A stretch of 64,000 bases of DNA, from the NCBI GenBank assembly GCA_963709635.1, contig CAVPXA010000002.1:6858-70857 (forward strand), written 5' to 3'. Under the pieces are notes generated by a model, which searched no databases, was not told where the DNA came from, and worked only from the letters and a program-made list of their open reading frames with translations. A program made the position numbers and the translations under genes. Positions 50,400 to 60,088 of the stretch are shown piece by piece; the stretch's first letter is position 1, and every line of letters starts with the position of its first letter. This DNA comes from an uncultured Thermoleophilia bacterium (lineage in GTDB: Bacteria; Actinomycetota; Thermoleophilia; UBA2241).

Positions 50400-51844
50400 C
50401 AAGCGTCCTCCGTTCCGGTGCCGCGCAGGTGGTGGACGGTGCCGCCGGCGGAGGGCGCGGGCGGCTCCTCGGCCTCCTGGGGCTGGGTGGTGGTCGAGGA
50501 CGGCGCCGGCTGCGCCGGCGCCTCGCCGGGCGCCGCCTCGCCGGGCGCCGCCTCGCCGGACGGGGCCTCGCCCGCTTCCCCCGTCTCGAGGTCGAAGAGC
50601 GTACGCACGGCGTCCACGTACAGGTAGCACTGGTCGCGCCCCGCGACCTCCTTCATCTTCACGGTCGGCACGTGCAGGATCTTGTTGACGATGCTCGTGG
50701 TGAGCATGTCCACCCGCGCCCGCTGCTCCTCGGTGAGGTCGCTGAGGCGGTTGCCCAGGCGGTCGAGCTCGCTGCGGCGGATGTCCTCCACTGCCTCCCG
50801 CAGCATGGCGATGGTCGGCACCACCTCGAGGCTGCGCAGCCATTCGTTCATGCCCCCGAGCTCCTGCTCGACGATGCGCTCGGCGTGCGCCGCGTCCTTC
50901 TCGCGCTCGTGGCGGTTGTGCTCCACCACGTGCTGGAGGTCGTCGATGTCGTAGAGGTAGGCGTCGCGCACACGGTTGATCTCCGGGTCGAGGTCACGCG
51001 GCACGGCGATGTCGATGAGGAACATGGGGCGGTGCTTGCGGCGCTTGAAGGCGCGCTCCACCGTCTCCCGGGTGATCACGTAGTGCGGTGCGGAGGTCGA
51101 GCTGATGACGATGTCGGCGCGGGAGAGGTGCTGCTCGAGGTCCTCGAAGCGCACCGCCTCGCCGCCGACGCGCTGCGCGAGCTCCAGCGAGGTGTCGAGC
51201 GTGCGGTTGGCCACCAGGATCTTCTCGATGCCGTGAGCCTTGAGGTGCGTCGCCGTGAGCTCGCTGGTCTCGCCGGCGCCGACGATGAGCACGGTGTGGT
51301 CGCGCAGCTTGCCGAACACCTGCAGGGCGAGCTCGACGGCGGCCGAGCTGACGCTCACGGGCCGCTCGCCGATGGTGGTCTCGGTGCGCACGCGCTTGCC
51401 CACTTCGAGCGCGTGCCGGAACAGCCGGTTGAAGACCACGGCCGTGCAGCCGCCGTCACAGGCCATCTGGTAGGCGGCCTTGAGCTGGGCGACGATCTGC
51501 GCCTCGCCGACGACCATGCTGTCGAGGCTCGAGGTGACGCGGAAGAGATGCGAGATGGCGCCGTCGCCGGAGTAGCTGTAGAGCGACGGCTCGAGCTCTC
51601 CCGGCTCGACGCCGGCGTGCCGCGCCAGGTGCTGCAGCGCCGCCTGGCGCGCCGCGAGCGAGTCGCGCCCGTACAGGTACAGCTCGGTGCGGTTGCAGGT
51701 GCTGAGCGCGACGACCTCGCAGGCCACGCCCTCCTCCAGGAGTTCCTGGCTCAGACGCAGCGCGGCCTCCTCGTCCAGGGCAAGGCGCTCGCGCAGCTCC
51801 AGCGAGGCGGTCTTGTGGGAGATGCCGGCGACGACGACGTGCAT
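50399..51844 (-). CDS. hemA: Glutamyl-tRNA reductase with a Pro/Ala/Glu-rich C-terminal tail
   Basis: 481 aa with VVAGISHKTASLELRE, LSTCNRTELY and GAGETSEL. The tail is GEAGEAPSGEAAPGEAAPGEAPAQPAP.... Confidence 0.95.
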   Translation of the reverse strand: MHVVVAGISHKTASLELRERLALDEEAALRLSQELLEEGVACEVVALSTCNRTELYLYGRDSLAARQAALQHLARHAGVEPGELEPSLYSYSGDGAISHLFRVTSSLDSMVVGEAQIVAQLKAAYQMACDGGCTAVVFNRLFRHALEVGKRVRTETTIGERPVSVSSAAVELALQVFGKLRDHTVLIVGAGETSELTATHLKAHGIEKILVANRTLDTSLELAQRVGGEAVRFEDLEQHLSRADIVISSTSAPHYVITRETVERAFKRRKHRPMFLIDIAVPRDLDPEINRVRDAYLYDIDDLQHVVEHNRHEREKDAAHAERIVEQELGGMNEWLRSLEVVPTIAMLREAVEDIRRSELDRLGNRLSDLTEEQRARVDMLTTSIVNKILHVPTVKMKEVAGRDQCYLYVDAVRTLFDLETGEAGEAPSGEAAPGEAAPGEAPAQPAPSSTTTQPQEAEEPPAPSAGGTVHHLRGTGTEDA

Positions 51845-51848
51845 GCGC

Positions 51849-52676
51849 TCAGCCCCCGTAGGTGTGGAAGCCGCTGAGGTACGGTACCGCAGCGAAACGG
51901 ATGACGAGCAGCAGGACGAGGCCGGCGACGGCCAGCCACGAGACGGCGCGGCCCGACCAGTCGCCGCGCACGCGGCCGGCGATGAGCACCAGGTAGACGA
52001 CCCAGGCGGCGCCGGAGAGCAGCACCATCGGGTCGGTCGCCCAGTCCGGCACCTTGAACGTCTCGGCGCGGATGACGCCGGCCGCCATGCCCATGGTGAG
52101 GAACGGGAGGCCGAGCAGCGTGGCGTGGTAGATGAGCCGCTCGAGCGCCGCGAGAGAGGGCAGGCGTCCGAGCACGCCGCCGGTCTTGCGGCGGTGCAGC
52201 AGACGCTCCTCGATCAGGTAGATGATGGCTGCGCCGCCGGCCACGTAGAGGCAGCCGATGGCGACCAGCATGACGATCACGTGGACGATGACGATGTCGC
52301 TGCGCAGCGCCGGGACCATGCCCTGCGGCGGGTCGTAGGAGATGAGGGCGATCGTGAGCAGCACGAGCACGACCGGCATCACGTACAGGCCCACGGCCTT
52401 GATCTTGGTGAACGACTCGAGCACGTGCCACACGAGCACGATCGCCCACGCCACCAGCACCAGCGACTCGTAGAGGCCGACGAACGGGAACCGGCCGGCG
52501 TCCACGCCGCGCAGGATCAGGCCGAGCGTCTGCGCGACCAGGCCGGCCGCGGCCACGACGAGCCCGAGCCGGTTCATCCACGGGCGCTGCGTGAAGAACC
52601 CGATGAGGAACACGGCGAACGCGGCCGCGTACAGCAGGTACGCGAGCCAGATCAGGATGACGGACGTCAGGGCCAT
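51849..52676 (-). CDS. Cytochrome c assembly family membrane protein (HemX/CcsA-like)
   Basis: 275-aa polytopic ORF immediately upstream of hemA, as in hemAXCD-type operons. No WWD tryptophan-rich motif was seen. Confidence 0.7.
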   Translation of the reverse strand: MALTSVILIWLAYLLYAAAFAVFLIGFFTQRPWMNRLGLVVAAAGLVAQTLGLILRGVDAGRFPFVGLYESLVLVAWAIVLVWHVLESFTKIKAVGLYVMPVVLVLLTIALISYDPPQGMVPALRSDIVIVHVIVMLVAIGCLYVAGGAAIIYLIEERLLHRRKTGGVLGRLPSLAALERLIYHATLLGLPFLTMGMAAGVIRAETFKVPDWATDPMVLLSGAAWVVYLVLIAGRVRGDWSGRAVSWLAVAGLVLLLVIRFAAVPYLSGFHTYGG

Positions 52677-52732
52677 CGGTCTCTGTCAGGCCGCCCCGCG
52701 CCCCGTGAGGCGCGTCGTGTGGGCGCGGAGCG

Positions 52733-52906
52733 TCACTCCGCGCCGCCGGCCGGCGCCTGCCGGCGCTTGGCCTCGTCCTCGAGCAGTTCGATGTCGCGCC
52801 TGAGCCCGCTGACGCGGCGCGCGCTCATGAAGTAGTAGACGATCAGCACGGCCAGGATGACGGCATAGGCCGCGGCGACGTACTTGACGCCTTCTTCGAT
52901 GGTCAT
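52733..52906 (-). CDS. ccmD: CcmD-like small heme-exporter subunit
   Basis: Hand translation (too short for the ORF track) gives MTIEEGVKYVAAAYAVILAVLIVYYFMSARRVSGLRRDIELLEDEAKRRQAPAGGAE. It has one TM helix followed by a basic segment. GGGAGG RBS; sits 4 nt after the ccmC stop. Confidence 0.6.
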   Translation of the reverse strand: MTIEEGVKYVAAAYAVILAVLIVYYFMSARRVSGLRRDIELLEDEAKRRQAPAGGAE

Positions 52907-52910
52907 GGGT

Positions 52911-53600
52911 TCAGCCTCCCAGCGAGGTCTTGAGGTCGGTCACTCTGTCTTTGAGCATCTCGATCGCGAGGTCGCGGCGGATGAGCGCCGCGAGCAGCAG
53001 GGTCATGCCCACCATACTGATCATGAAGGCGACGAACATGCTCGTCTCCATGCCCGTGTCGCCGGCGGTGATGACCACCGGGTGCAGACCCTCGGGCATC
53101 AGGCGCGTGGCGAACCAGGTGATCGGCACGTCGATGAACGCGATGATGGCGAACACCGCCGCGTAGGTGGCGCGCCGCTGCTCCTCGTCGACGACGGAGC
53201 GCAGCACCCAGTACGCGGCGTAGAGGAAGCAGACGAGCAGGAACGTCGTCAGGCGCGGCTCCCAGGCCCACCAGGTGTCCCAGCTGGCCTTGCCCCAGAT
53301 CATCCCCGTGATCATCACGAGGATGGCGAAGAGCAGGCCCAGGCGGATGCTGACGTAGCTGAGGCGGTCCCACTTGAGGTCCTGCGTGCGCAGGTACATG
53401 ATCGCCGCCACGAACGCGACGCCGAACGCCACCAGCGACGTCTCGGCGATGGGCGCGTGGTAGTAGAAGATCTTCTGGCTGAAGCCCATCGACGACGAGT
53501 CGACGGGAGCCCACCAGAAGCCGAGCATCAGTCCGACGATGAGGAAGGCGCCGGCCCCGATGAACAGCGCCGGCGCGCTGACGAGCTTCTTCACGCTCAC
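52911..53600 (-). CDS. ccmC: Heme exporter protein CcmC
   Basis: Tail of ORF 52911..54284 with FYYHAP and the Trp-rich motif GMIWGKASWDTWWAWEPRLT. GTG 53600 overlaps the ccmB stop (GTGA). Confidence 0.9.
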   Translation of the reverse strand: MSVKKLVSAPALFIGAGAFLIVGLMLGFWWAPVDSSSMGFSQKIFYYHAPIAETSLVAFGVAFVAAIMYLRTQDLKWDRLSYVSIRLGLLFAILVMITGMIWGKASWDTWWAWEPRLTTFLLVCFLYAAYWVLRSVVDEEQRRATYAAVFAIIAFIDVPITWFATRLMPEGLHPVVITAGDTGMETSMFVAFMISMVGMTLLLAALIRRDLAIEMLKDRVTDLKTSLGG

Positions 53601-54284
53601 TCTCCTATGGCGAAGTCGTAGGTACCCCAGGCGACGACGAGGAACACCGCGTCGAACCCGAGGATGAACAGTATCCGGCCGCCCACCGTACCGAACCCCG
53701 CGCCGTCCGCGAAGACCAGCGTGGTCGCGCTGGTGGCGGCGACCAGCAGAGGGACGATGAGCGGCAGGAACAGGATCGGCAGCAGCAGGTCGCGCGAGCG
53801 CGTGTTCATGGAGATGGTCGCGAGCAGCGTGCCGAGCGCGCAGATGCCGACGTCGGCGAGCAGCAGCACGACGACGAACGGCAAGAGGTCGCCGACGAAG
53901 CTGCGCTCGATGAAGAAGAGCGCGAACACCGGCACGGCCACCACCTGGATGATCAGCAGGAACACGAGGTTGCCGAAGGTCTTGGCGAGGAAGATGGTGA
54001 CGCGGTCCACCGGGCAGAGCAGCAGGCCGTCGAGGCAGTGCTCGTCCTTCTCCTGCGCGAACGAGCGGTTGAGCCCGAGCAGCATGGCGAAGATGAACGT
54101 CACCCACAGCATGCCGCCGGTGAAGTAGGTGAGGTCGGTCTGCCCCTTGACGGTGAACGCCCAGTGGAAGATCACCATCGCCAGCAGCACGAAGAGGATC
54201 ATGCTCACGAGCATGTCCCGCGTGCGCAGCTCGCGGATGAGGTCCTTGCGGACGATCGCCTTGAACTGGGACCAGCCGCGACAC
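53597..54284 (-). CDS. ccmB: Heme exporter protein CcmB (probable +1 shift just after the start)
   Basis: 205-aa ORF 53597..54214. The conserved N-terminus WSQFKAIVRKDLIRELRTRD continues upstream in frame with no start codon. A GTG at 54284 (VSR...) is one nt out of frame, with the break near 54274-54278. Length is 3n+1. Confidence 0.85.
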
Positions 54285-54286
54285 TT

Positions 54287-55034
54287 CTACATCACGCTCC
54301 CGTCGTGGACGTGCTCACGGTACACGGCGCTGAACGACTCGTGGTCCACGCCGGCCGCGTGCTCGTAGGCGATGCGGCCGGCCTCGATGATCATCAGGTC
54401 GGTCCCCCACTCCAGGCCCTTGGCGATGTTGTGGGTGACCATGACGAACGTGTGCTCGTCGCGGATCTCGGTGAGCAGCCCGTCGAGGATGTCCACGGCG
54501 CGCGGGTCGAGCCCCGAGTGCGGCTCGTCGAGCAGGAGCACGCGCGGGCGGTGCAGGATGGCCCGCGCGATCGCGAGCCGCTGCCGCATGCCCTTGCTGT
54601 ACGTGCGCACCACGTCGTGGCGGCGCGCGGACAGCTCGAGCCGCTCGAGCAGCTCGGTGATGCGCGCCTCGCGACCCTCCACGCCGTACATGTCGGCGTA
54701 GAAGCGCAGGTTCTCGTGCGCGGTCAGGTCCGGGTAGAGCATGGCGTTGTGCGAGATGAAGCCGATCGCCTTGCGCACCGGCATGGGGTCCTCACGGACG
54801 TCGTGGCCGGCGACCCTCACCGCGCCGCCGCTCGGCGCGAGCAGGGTGGCGAGCACGCGCAAGCGTCGTCGTCTTGCCGGCCCCGTTGGGGCCGAAGATG
54901 CTCAGGAACCCGCCGCGCGGCACGCCGAACGAGATGCCCTTGAGCACCTCGCGGCGGCCGAACGTCTTGCGCAGGCCCTCGACCTCGATCTCGAGGGGGG
55001 TCGCGCCGTCGTGCCGGTCGTGTTCGTCCGACAT
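54287..55034 (-). CDS. ccmA: Heme exporter ATP-binding protein CcmA (frameshifted as sequenced)
   Basis: ORF 54792..55034 (…FGPNGAGKTTTL) joins ORF 54287..54862 (RVLATLLAPSGG...YSKGMRQRLAIARA...LLLDEPHSGLD). The break is near 54858-54861. Length is 3n+1. Confidence 0.88.
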
Positions 55035-55047
55035 CGGCCGGCCTCCC

Positions 55048-57042
55048 TCAGGCGGTCGCGTCCGCCCCGGCGGGCTCGCCGACGCGGGCCTCCTGCTCCT
55101 GCTTGCGGCCCTTGGGCCACAGGGAGACGACGGCGCCGACGCACAGCAGGATCGAGCCGATCCAGACCCAGCGGATGAGCGGGAAGATGACGATACGCAG
55201 GGCGATCGTCTCGGAGGTGCCGTCGAACGGCTCGTCGGCGACCACGAACAGGTCCTCGAACGGCCGCCCGAGGATCACCGCGCGCACGGCGGCGCCGCTC
55301 ATCGGGTAGACGTCGGTGTGCGGCACGACGGTGCCCAGCGACCGTCCATCCCTGGTCACGTCGAACGTCGCCTCGGCGCGCGTGGAGTTCTGCGCGCCAC
55401 CGATCTCGGTCATGCCCTTGTAGGTCAGCGTGTAGCCGTTCAGGCTCGCGCTCTCGCCCGGCTTGACCTTGACGATGGTCGACTGCTCGACCTTGTACAC
55501 GGTGGACCCGAGCAGGCCGGCGACCACGAGCACCATGCCCATGTGGACGACGTAGGAGGCGGTGCGGGTGCGGCTGCCGCTGAACGCCTTGCCGAGGCCG
55601 GACCAGAGGCTCTTGTCGGGTCCGGCCGCGCGCTTCGCCGAGCGCAGCACGAACTGGATGACGGCGCCGAAGGCGAAGCCGCACACCAGCATGCCGATGA
55701 AGCCCCAGATGTTGCTCTGGAACCCGAGGTACAGCCACAGCGGGATCGACAGCACCATGGTGACGGTCGGCAGGATCAGCGTCTTGCGCAGCTGCGCGCC
55801 GTCGGTCTTGCGCCAGGCGAGCAGCGGGCAGACGGCGATCATCGCGAGGATGACCACGCCGAGCGGCCGCGCCACGAGGTCGTAGGTGCTCGCGCCCACG
55901 GCGCGGTCCGGGAAGATGAGCGGCACGGCCACGGTGGCGAAGGCGACCGCCACGGCGAACAGCGTGAGCAGCAGGTTGGTCACGTAGTAGAGGAAGTCAC
56001 GGGACAGCCAGCTCTCCACGTCGTCGTGGCTCTCGAAGGCACGCCAGCGCCAGGCGATGAGCCCGATGCTGCCGAGGGCCGTGACCACGAGGAAGGAGGA
56101 GAGGATCCAGATGAGCACCGGGTTCTTGCCGAAGGCGTGCACCGAGCTGATGAGGCCGGTGCGCGTGGTCCAGGTGGCGAGGATGGTGAACCAGAAGGTC
56201 AGCACGGCCAGGCCGAGCGACCAGCGCTTGAACAGCCCGCGCGCCTTGTAGAGCGTGAACGAGTGCAGCAGCGCGGTCGCCGTGAGCCACGGCACCAGCG
56301 AGGTGTTCTCCACGGCGTCCCAGGCCCAGTAGCCGCCGAAGCTGAGCACCACGTAGGCCCACCAGGCGCCGAGACCGATGCCCAGCGAGAGGAACAGCCA
56401 GCCGAACACGGCCCACTTCTGCGCGCGCCGCACCCAGAGCTTGTCCCCGCGGCCCAGCAGCAGCGTGCTGATGGCGAAGGCGAACGGCACCGCCAGGCCC
56501 ACGTAGCCGATGAACAGCGTGGGCGGGTGGAAGACCATGCCGGGGTGCAGCAGCAGCGGGTTGAGGCCGAACGGGACCATCCCGGCTTCGGCCGCCAGGA
56601 ACGGGTTGGAGCCCGGGTCGAACACCATGAGGGCGGCGAACACGGCGGAGATGACGCCGAGCACCGCCACCGCGCCGCCCGTCAGCCGCTCGAGGCGGTT
56701 GAGGTCGATGATGGCGACGATGATGGTCGCGATGGCGAGCACCACCAGCCAGAACAGGAACGAGCCCTGCTGCCCGGCCCAGAAGCCCGCGATACGGTAG
56801 AACGTGGACAGCGACGCGTCCGAGTTCTCCGCGACGTAGGCGAAGCTGAAGTCCTTCTTGAGGAACGCCTGCAGCAACACGGCCGCGGCGATCACGGTGG
56901 TCAGGAAGAACCCGTAGACGGCGTAGTAGCCGTTGCGCTGGAGGTCCTTGCGGTCCCAGCGCATGCCCATGAAGAGGAAGCCCGCCGCTGCGCACGCGAA
57001 GAAGAGCGCAGCCCAGAGCGAGTAGCGTCCGAGCTCGAGCAT
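55048..57042 (-). CDS. ccmF: Cytochrome c-type biogenesis protein CcmF (heme lyase)
   Basis: 664-aa polytopic ORF with FWAGQQGS and the WWD-type motif GGYWAWDAVENTSLVPW. Confidence 0.95.
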   Translation of the reverse strand: MLELGRYSLWAALFFACAAAGFLFMGMRWDRKDLQRNGYYAVYGFFLTTVIAAAVLLQAFLKKDFSFAYVAENSDASLSTFYRIAGFWAGQQGSFLFWLVVLAIATIIVAIIDLNRLERLTGGAVAVLGVISAVFAALMVFDPGSNPFLAAEAGMVPFGLNPLLLHPGMVFHPPTLFIGYVGLAVPFAFAISTLLLGRGDKLWVRRAQKWAVFGWLFLSLGIGLGAWWAYVVLSFGGYWAWDAVENTSLVPWLTATALLHSFTLYKARGLFKRWSLGLAVLTFWFTILATWTTRTGLISSVHAFGKNPVLIWILSSFLVVTALGSIGLIAWRWRAFESHDDVESWLSRDFLYYVTNLLLTLFAVAVAFATVAVPLIFPDRAVGASTYDLVARPLGVVILAMIAVCPLLAWRKTDGAQLRKTLILPTVTMVLSIPLWLYLGFQSNIWGFIGMLVCGFAFGAVIQFVLRSAKRAAGPDKSLWSGLGKAFSGSRTRTASYVVHMGMVLVVAGLLGSTVYKVEQSTIVKVKPGESASLNGYTLTYKGMTEIGGAQNSTRAEATFDVTRDGRSLGTVVPHTDVYPMSGAAVRAVILGRPFEDLFVVADEPFDGTSETIALRIVIFPLIRWVWIGSILLCVGAVVSLWPKGRKQEQEARVGEPAGADATA

Positions 57043-57052
57043 CAGATCTGCC

Positions 57053-57466
57053 TCACTGAACGGCTGCGGGGGAGGCCGACCCCTTGTACTTGCTCGGGCA
57101 CTTGGTCTGGAGCTGGTCGGCGGTGATCAGCGCGCCGGTGCCGGCGTACTTGCCGATAACGACGACGTCCACCCCCGCCTCGAAGGTGTTGGGCATCTGC
57201 CCGCTGTAGAGCACGTTGACCGTGCCCTGCTTGCCGGTGAGGTCCTGGATGGCGAAGTGCACGCCGGTGGCGTCACGCTCGATGGTGCCGTCCAGGACCC
57301 TGCCGCCGACCTTGACGTTCTTGCCGTCGTACTGCCCGGTGGTGAGTTCCGAGACCTGACGGTAGTACGCGCCCTGCCGCTGGACGAGGACCACGACGCC
57401 GACGATGAAGACGACGACGATGACGCCGGTAGCGACGAGCAGACGAGTGCGGGATTTCTTGTTCAA
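57053..57466 (-). CDS. ccmE: Heme chaperone CcmE, CxxxY variant
   Basis: 137 aa (TTG start) with an N-terminal TM and an OB-fold region (KNVKVGGRVLDGTI...FEAGVDVVVIGK). The heme-binding position reads LQTKCPSKY, i.e. CxxxY instead of the canonical HxxxY. Confidence 0.9.
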   Translation of the reverse strand: MNKKSRTRLLVATGVIVVVFIVGVVVLVQRQGAYYRQVSELTTGQYDGKNVKVGGRVLDGTIERDATGVHFAIQDLTGKQGTVNVLYSGQMPNTFEAGVDVVVIGKYAGTGALITADQLQTKCPSKYKGSASPAAVQ

Positions 57467-57654
57467 GCGGATACCCCTGGTTGTATTGCCGGAGCTCGAC
57501 TAGTGTAGCCGACGAACGGCATTCTTGCCATTTCCACTACGTGAAGGTGAGTATGCCTCGCGCCCGGCCGCCGCGCGACCCGGAGTCGCGCTCGCGGCGG
57601 CCTCCCCGTCCTCTCACGGCAGGAGAACTCGTGCGCGGCGGCGTAGCTAGCACC

Positions 57655-58299
57655 ATGCCCATCGACAAACGTCGAGAGACGAAGGTCATCGCCGTCGTGG
57701 TCGCGGAAGTGATGGATGCCGGCGCCGGGGACCGCGAGAGAGTGCGGCGCACACTCGAGCGCGTCAACCAGCTCTTCCGGCCGGCGATCGCCGAGCCCTT
57801 CGGCCTCGCCGGCGACGACCGCGTCGACGGCGCCCTGGCCGACCCCGCCCAGACGCCTCTGTGCCTGAGCGTGCTGCGCGAACTGCTCGCCCCGCTGCAG
57901 TTGCGCGCCGGGGTCGGCGTCGGCGTCGTCGGCCATCTGCGCGAACCGGTCGGGACCGAGCGCGACGCCTACTCGGTCGCCCGTCGCGCCCTCCAGCTCG
58001 TGATCCGCGACAAGGGCCTCACCCGCTACCTCGGCACCGGCGACGCCGGCGACGTGCTGCTCGGCGCGCTCTGCCGGCTGGTGGATCCGCTCATCCGCGC
58101 GCGCACCGGCAAGCAGTGGGAGGCCATAGCGGCCTACCGCGAGCTCGGCCACCAGCGCGAGGTCGCCGAGCGTCTGGGCGTCACCCGCCAGAGCGTCGGC
58201 GACCGCCTGAGCGCCGGCAACCGGCGCGCGGTCGAGGAGGCCGACGCGGCTGTCGCCACCTACCTGAGCTACCAGCGCCGGCAGCTGTTCCGCGGCTGA
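57655..58299 (+). CDS. SatD-family putative DNA-binding regulator
   Basis: ORF 57481..58299 trimmed to [16 protein letters not shown]. The layout matches SatD: an N-terminal GDxxxG-like region ([10 protein letters not shown]), [16 protein letters not shown], then [33 protein letters not shown] (HTH). Confidence 0.55.
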   Translation: MPIDKRRETKVIAVVVAEVMDAGAGDRERVRRTLERVNQLFRPAIAEPFGLAGDDRVDGALADPAQTPLCLSVLRELLAPLQLRAGVGVGVVGHLREPVGTERDAYSVARRALQLVIRDKGLTRYLGTGDAGDVLLGALCRLVDPLIRARTGKQWEAIAAYRELGHQREVAERLGVTRQSVGDRLSAGNRRAVEEADAAVATYLSYQRRQLFRG

Positions 58300-58401
58300 G
58301 CCGGCGCTCCGGCAGCTGTTCCGCGGCTGAGCCGGCGCTCCGGCAGCGGTTCCGCGGCTGACCCGGCGCTCCGGCAGCGGTTCCGCGGCTGACCCGGCGC
58401 G
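58269..58401. repeat. 31-nt tandem repeat, ~4.3 copies, beginning inside the last codons of the satD-like gene
   Basis: Units at 58269, 58300, 58331 and 58362 read gccggcgctccggcagc[tg]gttccgcggctga. Each unit reproduces the gene's final CGGCAGCTGTTCCGCGGCTGA. Confidence 0.9.
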
Positions 58402-58606
58402 TGAGCCGACCGCCGGGAGGCGGCGAGAGCCCAGTCGAGCCGGGCGCGACCGACGGTCGTGAGGCCGAGGTGCCCGCGCCAGACTGGTCCCCTATACGTT
58501 CTTCGAGATACCGGACCAGTCGCGCGCACGGACGCACGGGCGGACGAGCCCCGCGCGAACCGCGTCGGGTATCGGCCGGTGAGAGGCCGGCCGGGCTCCG
58601 TGAGGA

Positions 58607-59578
58607 TCAGCCGGCGGGCGGCGCGCTCAGCGGCGCGTTGAGCGGAGCGCAGTCGCCGCCCAGGTCGAGCAGCTTCTCCACTCCGTGCGGCAGCGCCGCG
58701 GCGACCATCGAGAACTGCTCGCCACACGCGCGCGGGCTCCCCGGCATGTTGATGATGAGCGTCTTGCCGCGGATGCCGCTCACCGCGCGCGAGAGCATGG
58801 CGTGCGGCGTTTTGGCGAGCGAGCCGGCGCGCATGGCCTCGGCGAAGCCGGGCGCCTGACGGTCGAGCACCGTCAAGGTCGCCTCGGGCGTCACGTCCCG
58901 GCTGGTCATGCCGGTGCCGCCGGTCGTCAGGATGAGGTTGACCGGCGTCTCGTCGGCCCAGTGGCGCAGCGCCGCGGCGATCTGGTCGGCCTCGTCGGGC
59001 ACGATCGCCCGCTCCACCTGCGCCACGCCGAGCTCGCGCAGCGCCTCCTCGAGCACGTCGCCGCTCGCGTCGTCGCGCTCGCCGCGGGCGCCCTTGTCGC
59101 TGGAGGTGAGCACGGCGGCGTGGATGAGGCTCCTCTTCTCCACGCGGATCTCGTCGCCGGCCTTGACCTCGCCGCCCTCGAGCACGCGCACGAAGATGCC
59201 CTCGCGCGGCATCACGCAGTCGCCGACCTGGTGGTAGATGGCGCAGTGCGCGTGGCACTCCTTGCCGATCTGGGTGACCTCCACGAGCGCCGGCCCGAGG
59301 TGCAGGCGCGCGCCGACGGGCAGGTCGCAGACGCGGATGCCCTCGGTGGTGATGTTCTCGCCGAAGTCGCCGACGTCCACGTCGCCGCCGGCGTCGCGCA
59401 TCTTCTGCGCGCTCTCGTCGGCGAGCAGGCTGACCTGGCGGTGCCAGGGGCCGGCGTGGGCGTCGCTCTCGATGCCGTGCTCCACGACCAGCGTCACGGC
59501 GTCGACGGGCTTCTTCTGCACGCCCTTCTTCTCCGAGACGTTGACGGAGTGGACGCGGCCGTCCGGCGGGTGGCTCAT
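58607..59578 (-). CDS. MOSC domain / MogA-MoaB (molybdopterin adenylyltransferase) fusion protein
   Basis: ORF 58607..59758 from MSHPPDG. MOSC half: VSEKKG...GIESDAHAG...GENITTEG...[21 protein letters not shown]. MogA half: [20 protein letters not shown]...[20 protein letters not shown]...[22 protein letters not shown]. Confidence 0.85.
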   Translation of the reverse strand: MSHPPDGRVHSVNVSEKKGVQKKPVDAVTLVVEHGIESDAHAGPWHRQVSLLADESAQKMRDAGGDVDVGDFGENITTEGIRVCDLPVGARLHLGPALVEVTQIGKECHAHCAIYHQVGDCVMPREGIFVRVLEGGEVKAGDEIRVEKRSLIHAAVLTSSDKGARGERDDASGDVLEEALRELGVAQVERAIVPDEADQIAAALRHWADETPVNLILTTGGTGMTSRDVTPEATLTVLDRQAPGFAEAMRAGSLAKTPHAMLSRAVSGIRGKTLIINMPGSPRACGEQFSMVAAALPHGVEKLLDLGGDCAPLNAPLSAPPAG

Positions 59579-60086
59579 GCGCTGCTCCTCGGCGCCGCGC
59601 GCGTCGCCGGCCTCCGCGCGTCCAGTGCCCGCTGCGGCCGCCGCTCTTCTCCAGCAGGCGCACGCCGGTGACCTCCATGCCGCGGTCCACGGCCTTGCAC
59701 ATGTCGTAGACCGTGAGCGCCGCCACCGACGCGGCGACCAGCGCCTCCATCTCGACACCGGTGCGGCCGCGCAGCCGCGCCTCCGTCGTGATGCGCAGGC
59801 CGGGGAGCGCCTCGTCGGCGTCGATCTCCACCGCCACCTTGGTGAGGTTGAGCTGGTGGCAGAGCGGGATGAGCTCGTGCGTGCGCTTGGCGGCCATGAT
59901 GCCGGCCAGCCGCGCCACGGCGATCACATCGCCTTTGGGCGCGGCCTCGGAGGCGATGAGCGCGAGCGTCTCCGGCGCCATGACCACGGCCGCCTCGGCG
60001 CGCGCCACGCGCTCCGTCTCGTCCTTGCCGCCGACGTCCACCATGGCCGCGCGGCCGCGGTCGTCGAGGTGGCTGAGCCCGGACAT
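59575..60086 (-). CDS. moaC: Cyclic pyranopterin monophosphate synthase MoaC (3' end uncertain; possibly fused to the downstream MOSC-MogA ORF)
   Basis: [21 protein letters not shown]...[13 protein letters not shown]...[21 protein letters not shown]...[12 protein letters not shown] lies in ORF 58269..61406. There is no stop in that frame. Removing one nt near 59614-59618 fuses it in frame to MSHPPDG. A -1 shift instead gives a TGA overlapping that ATG. Confidence 0.85.
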
Positions 60087-60088
60087 CC

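Noticed and set aside
48591-50843. 750-aa ORF suggesting a HemC-HemD fusion with a long N-terminal extension.
   Set aside because: The hemC N-terminal half and hemD happen to share a frame. The hemC C-terminal half is in ORF 49427..50020 and ends with a GTGA overlap at the hemD start. The N-terminal 130 aa are antisense or alternative-frame hemA sequence.
58269-58401. Possible CRISPR array (also considered for the 11439-11564 and 11664-11738 repeats).
   Set aside because: The repeats are contiguous with no spacers, the units are 12-31 nt, and there are no cas genes in the window.
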